Shown here: piece after piece, positions 61,211-64,000 of the stretch | Position numbering within the stretch: position 1 is the stretch's first letter | How the letters are laid out: each line of letters starts with the position of its first letter | Origin: Octopus bimaculoides | Lineage: Eukaryota | Assembly (NCBI RefSeq): GCF_001194135.2 | Contig: NC_068983.1 | Coordinates: 57,301,526-57,365,525 of the forward strand | Length of the DNA stretch: 64,000 nucleotides | Reading direction: 5' to 3' | Notes under the pieces: model-generated | Database searches by the model: none | Seen by the model: only the letters and a program-made list of their open reading frames with translations | Told to the model about the DNA's origin: nothing | Translations under genes and position numbers: made by a program

Positions 61211-61789
61211 GAGGACATCCAAAAAAAAAAAAGAAAAAAAGAAAAAGAGACGCCCGGTCTTGACTGAAATCCTCTGCAGTAAACATGTTGTGACATGTAG
61301 GAACATTATTAAATTGTCCGACTCTCTCCATCACAGATCTACATCAACCAATCTGGTACTTTGGTACTTTTCCGACAAAGGTCACACAAGTGTAATTCTG
61401 TTAACGAAATAAAAACAGATTGGAAAAAAAAACCCCAAAATAAAAAGAAAATAAATATTCAATTAACTAAAAGCATTTTGGGTAAAACCACAACTTTTCT
61501 AAAACTTGAAATATCTTTGAATTTTCTCTTTTGGTTTTGATATTGACCTGAAGAATTTCCAGTTCAACATGAAAGCAATAAAAGAGCTTAGGGGACCGAT
61601 ATCTCCTCCTTGAACTAAATAAATGAAAAGAATAAGAAAAAAAAAATCAATGACTGGAAAAATATGACCTATAAAACACAGAAATGTTTGTTCTGAATGA
61701 AGTCTGAGGTCGAAACATCTAAAATACCTGGAGGAGAGAAAGCACTAACGAGAAACACACAAGTAAAGCTCTTTCTTCCTACCTGGCTG

Positions 61790-61981
61790 TCTGGCTGCCT
61801 TTCTACCTGTTTCTCTCTCTCTTTGTCTCTGTCTTTCTGTCTTTCTCTCTGTCTGTTTCTCTCTGTCTCTCTCGCTCTTTGTCACTGTCTACCTGTCTGT
61901 CTCTGTCTCTCTTTTCGTCACTGTCTGTCTGTCTGTCTGTGTTTCTACCTCTTTCTATTGCTCTCTTTGTCTCTGTCTTTC

Positions 61982-62028
<47 letters not shown>

Positions 62029-62390
62029 TTCTATCATTCTACCTGTCTGCTTCTCTCTCTCTCTCTCTGTCTCTGTCTCTGTCTTTCTACCTGTCTGTTT
62101 CTTTCTGTCTCTCTCGCACTTTGTCTCTGTCTGTCTGTCTGTCTCTTTTTTCATCACTGTCTGTCTGTCTGTGTTTCTACCTCTTTCTATCTCTCTCTTT
62201 GTCTCTGTCTGTCTACCTGTCTCTGTTTCACCTTTTGTTGCTATCTTTCTACCTGTCTGTCTGTCTTTCTCTTTCTCTCTGTCTGTCTCTCTCTATTTCT
62301 GTCTGTCTGTCTCACTTTGTTTCTATTTGTCTGTCTCTTTCTCTCTGTCTGTCTGTCTCTCACTTTCTGCCTCTGTCTCTCTCTCTCTCT
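61790..62390. repeat. complex (CT/GTCT)n satellite
   Basis: Direct reading; recurring TTTCTACCTGTCTG. Confidence 0.95.
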
Positions 62391-62479
62391 CAGTTTAATG
62401 TGGTATCTTTATTTTCTCATGTACACATGATGTAATGAGATTGTACCATGACATACTGAATGCCATACAATAATATCCC

Positions 62480-62930
62480 TTCCTACAACAGGCACAAAGC
62501 CTGAAATTCTGGGAAGGAGAAAATCAATTACGTTGACTCCAGTGACCCCAAAACGATAGAAAGCAAAGTCGACCTTGCCAGCATTTGAACTCAGAACGTA
62601 AGGGACAAAATGTTTAACCGCATTTTGTCTGACATGCTAATGGTTCTACCATATTGCTGCCATCTTAATAATAATCCTATCTACTGGAAGCACAAGGGTT
62701 CAAATCTGGGGGAAGGGATTAAGTCGATTACATCGACCCCAGTGCGTAACTGGTACTTATTTAATCGACCCCGAAAGGATAAAAGGTAAAGTCGACCTTG
62801 GCAGAATTTGAACTCAGAACATAAAGACAGACAAAATACCACTAAGCATTTCCCCCAGCATGCAAACGATTCTTTTCTACTCTAAACACAAGACCTGAAA
62901 TTTTGGGGGAGGGGGCCAGTCAATTAGATT
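62480..62930 (-). mobile_element. cluster of SINE S2 copies
   Basis: GTCGACCTTG.CAG.ATTTGAACTCAGAAC blocks present twice plus tails. Confidence 0.8.
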
Positions 62931-63199
62931 TCATTGCTACTATGGGAAATTATATTCTGCTTAATGAGTTTTTGCTTTACAAGCGATCTCCAGGAAAAAA
63001 TTAACTCAAATATCAAGCATTACTGCACTTATGTATATACAAGTGCATTTTAAGTTCAAATTTAACCAGAGTTGATTTTAAGCTCTCTAACTTTGACGTT
63101 AGGATAAGTTAAAAGGGATTGACAAAGTGGTCAGTATTGACTCCTTAGGAAGTCTATGTTGCTATCTAAAGGGTTGATAAATTTTCATATTTTAGTGTG

Positions 63200-63905
63200 C
63201 ACACACAACAGCGTGTAAGGTAAGTGCCCTGAGAGAAATGTTGGACATACGAAGCATCAGATGTGGTGTACAAGAGAGATGACTGTGCTAGTATGGTCAT
63301 GTGCTGCGTATGAATGAGGAAAGCTGTGTGAAGAAGTGTCACACCCTAACAGAGGAAGGAATCTATGGAAGAGGGAGACCCAGGAAGACATGGGATGAAG
63401 TGTGAAGCATGACCTTCAAACGTTGGGTCTCACAGAAGCAATGACAAGAGACTGAGACTTTTGGAGATATGCTGTAATTGAGAAGACCCAGCAAGTAAAG
63501 TGAGATCACAGCCATAGCCTATACCAGCCCATTTTAAATGTACCCTTGAATCATGGGGCAATACGCTGTGCTTTGAGAAGACCTTTTGAGTCAATTAAAA
63601 TCAAAAATCAAAATTACAATAAAAAATGGAAATTGTAGTTGTGGCTGATGACAATGCCACCTAACCAGCACCCATGCCAGTGGCATGTAATAAACATCAT
63701 TCAAGTGTGGATCAATGCCAGTCCCATCTGACTGACTCCCTGTACCAGTGACATGTAAACAGCACTCTCCAAACATGGTCGATACCAGTCCCCACCCCCT
63801 GACTGGTTCCTCTGCCAGTGGCATGTAAAAAGCACCATCTGAATGTGGTCAGTACCAGTGCCGCCTGACTGGCTCCTATTCTGGTGGCACATAAAAAGCA
63901 CCCAC
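63200..63905 (+). mobile_element. RTE-clade LINE 3' portion: ORF2 C-terminus plus 3'UTR with four tandem units
   Basis: YGHVLRMNEESCVKK...GRGRPRKTWDEV...LGLTEAMTRD..FWRYAV, then the same 3'UTR units seen in the short copies. Confidence 0.85.
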
Positions 63906-64000
63906 TTTGTATCATGCTGAATCTCCCCGAGAACTACATTAAAGGTACATGTGTCTGTAGAATGCTCAGCCACTTGCACGTTAATTTAACAAGCAGGCTG

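Noticed and set aside
61692-61722. Hammerhead at CTGAATGA...GAAACATC
   Set aside because: Core has an extra base and stem II does not pair.
6874-62435. Poly-H/I/M/N/V and YI/CV/LS-repeat ORFs
   Set aside because: Translations of di- and trinucleotide microsatellites with no coding evidence.

Overview
AT-rich eukaryotic (animal) genomic DNA with many N gaps, dense microsatellites and a high transposable-element load. The repeat families and microsatellite style resemble what I recall of octopus/cephalopod assemblies; this is an unverified inference. There is no intact long CDS, rRNA, true tRNA or CRISPR array. Contents: several tRNA-headed SINE families (labelled S1-S4 here), many 3' ends of an RTE-clade LINE, CR1/L2-like relics, five or more Tc1/mariner/pogo relics, a Helitron deletion derivative, MITEs, a Penelope-like (GIY-YIG) element, and a 1.9 kb gag-knuckle ORF1-only retroelement whose 3' tail is shared with SINE S2. 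Short plus-strand exon candidates suggest a host gene ending at 50510 in a hydrophobic, GPI-signal-like tail. The most notable signal is four distinct families of minimal hammerhead-ribozyme (HHR) motifs. One is carried by a tRNA-headed SINE arranged as a head-to-head palindrome (5568-6094), one has a recurrent non-canonical CUGUNGA core, and one lies in a 270 bp palindrome. All calls were made by eye; TE boundaries are approximate (about 10-30 bp) unless stated exactly.
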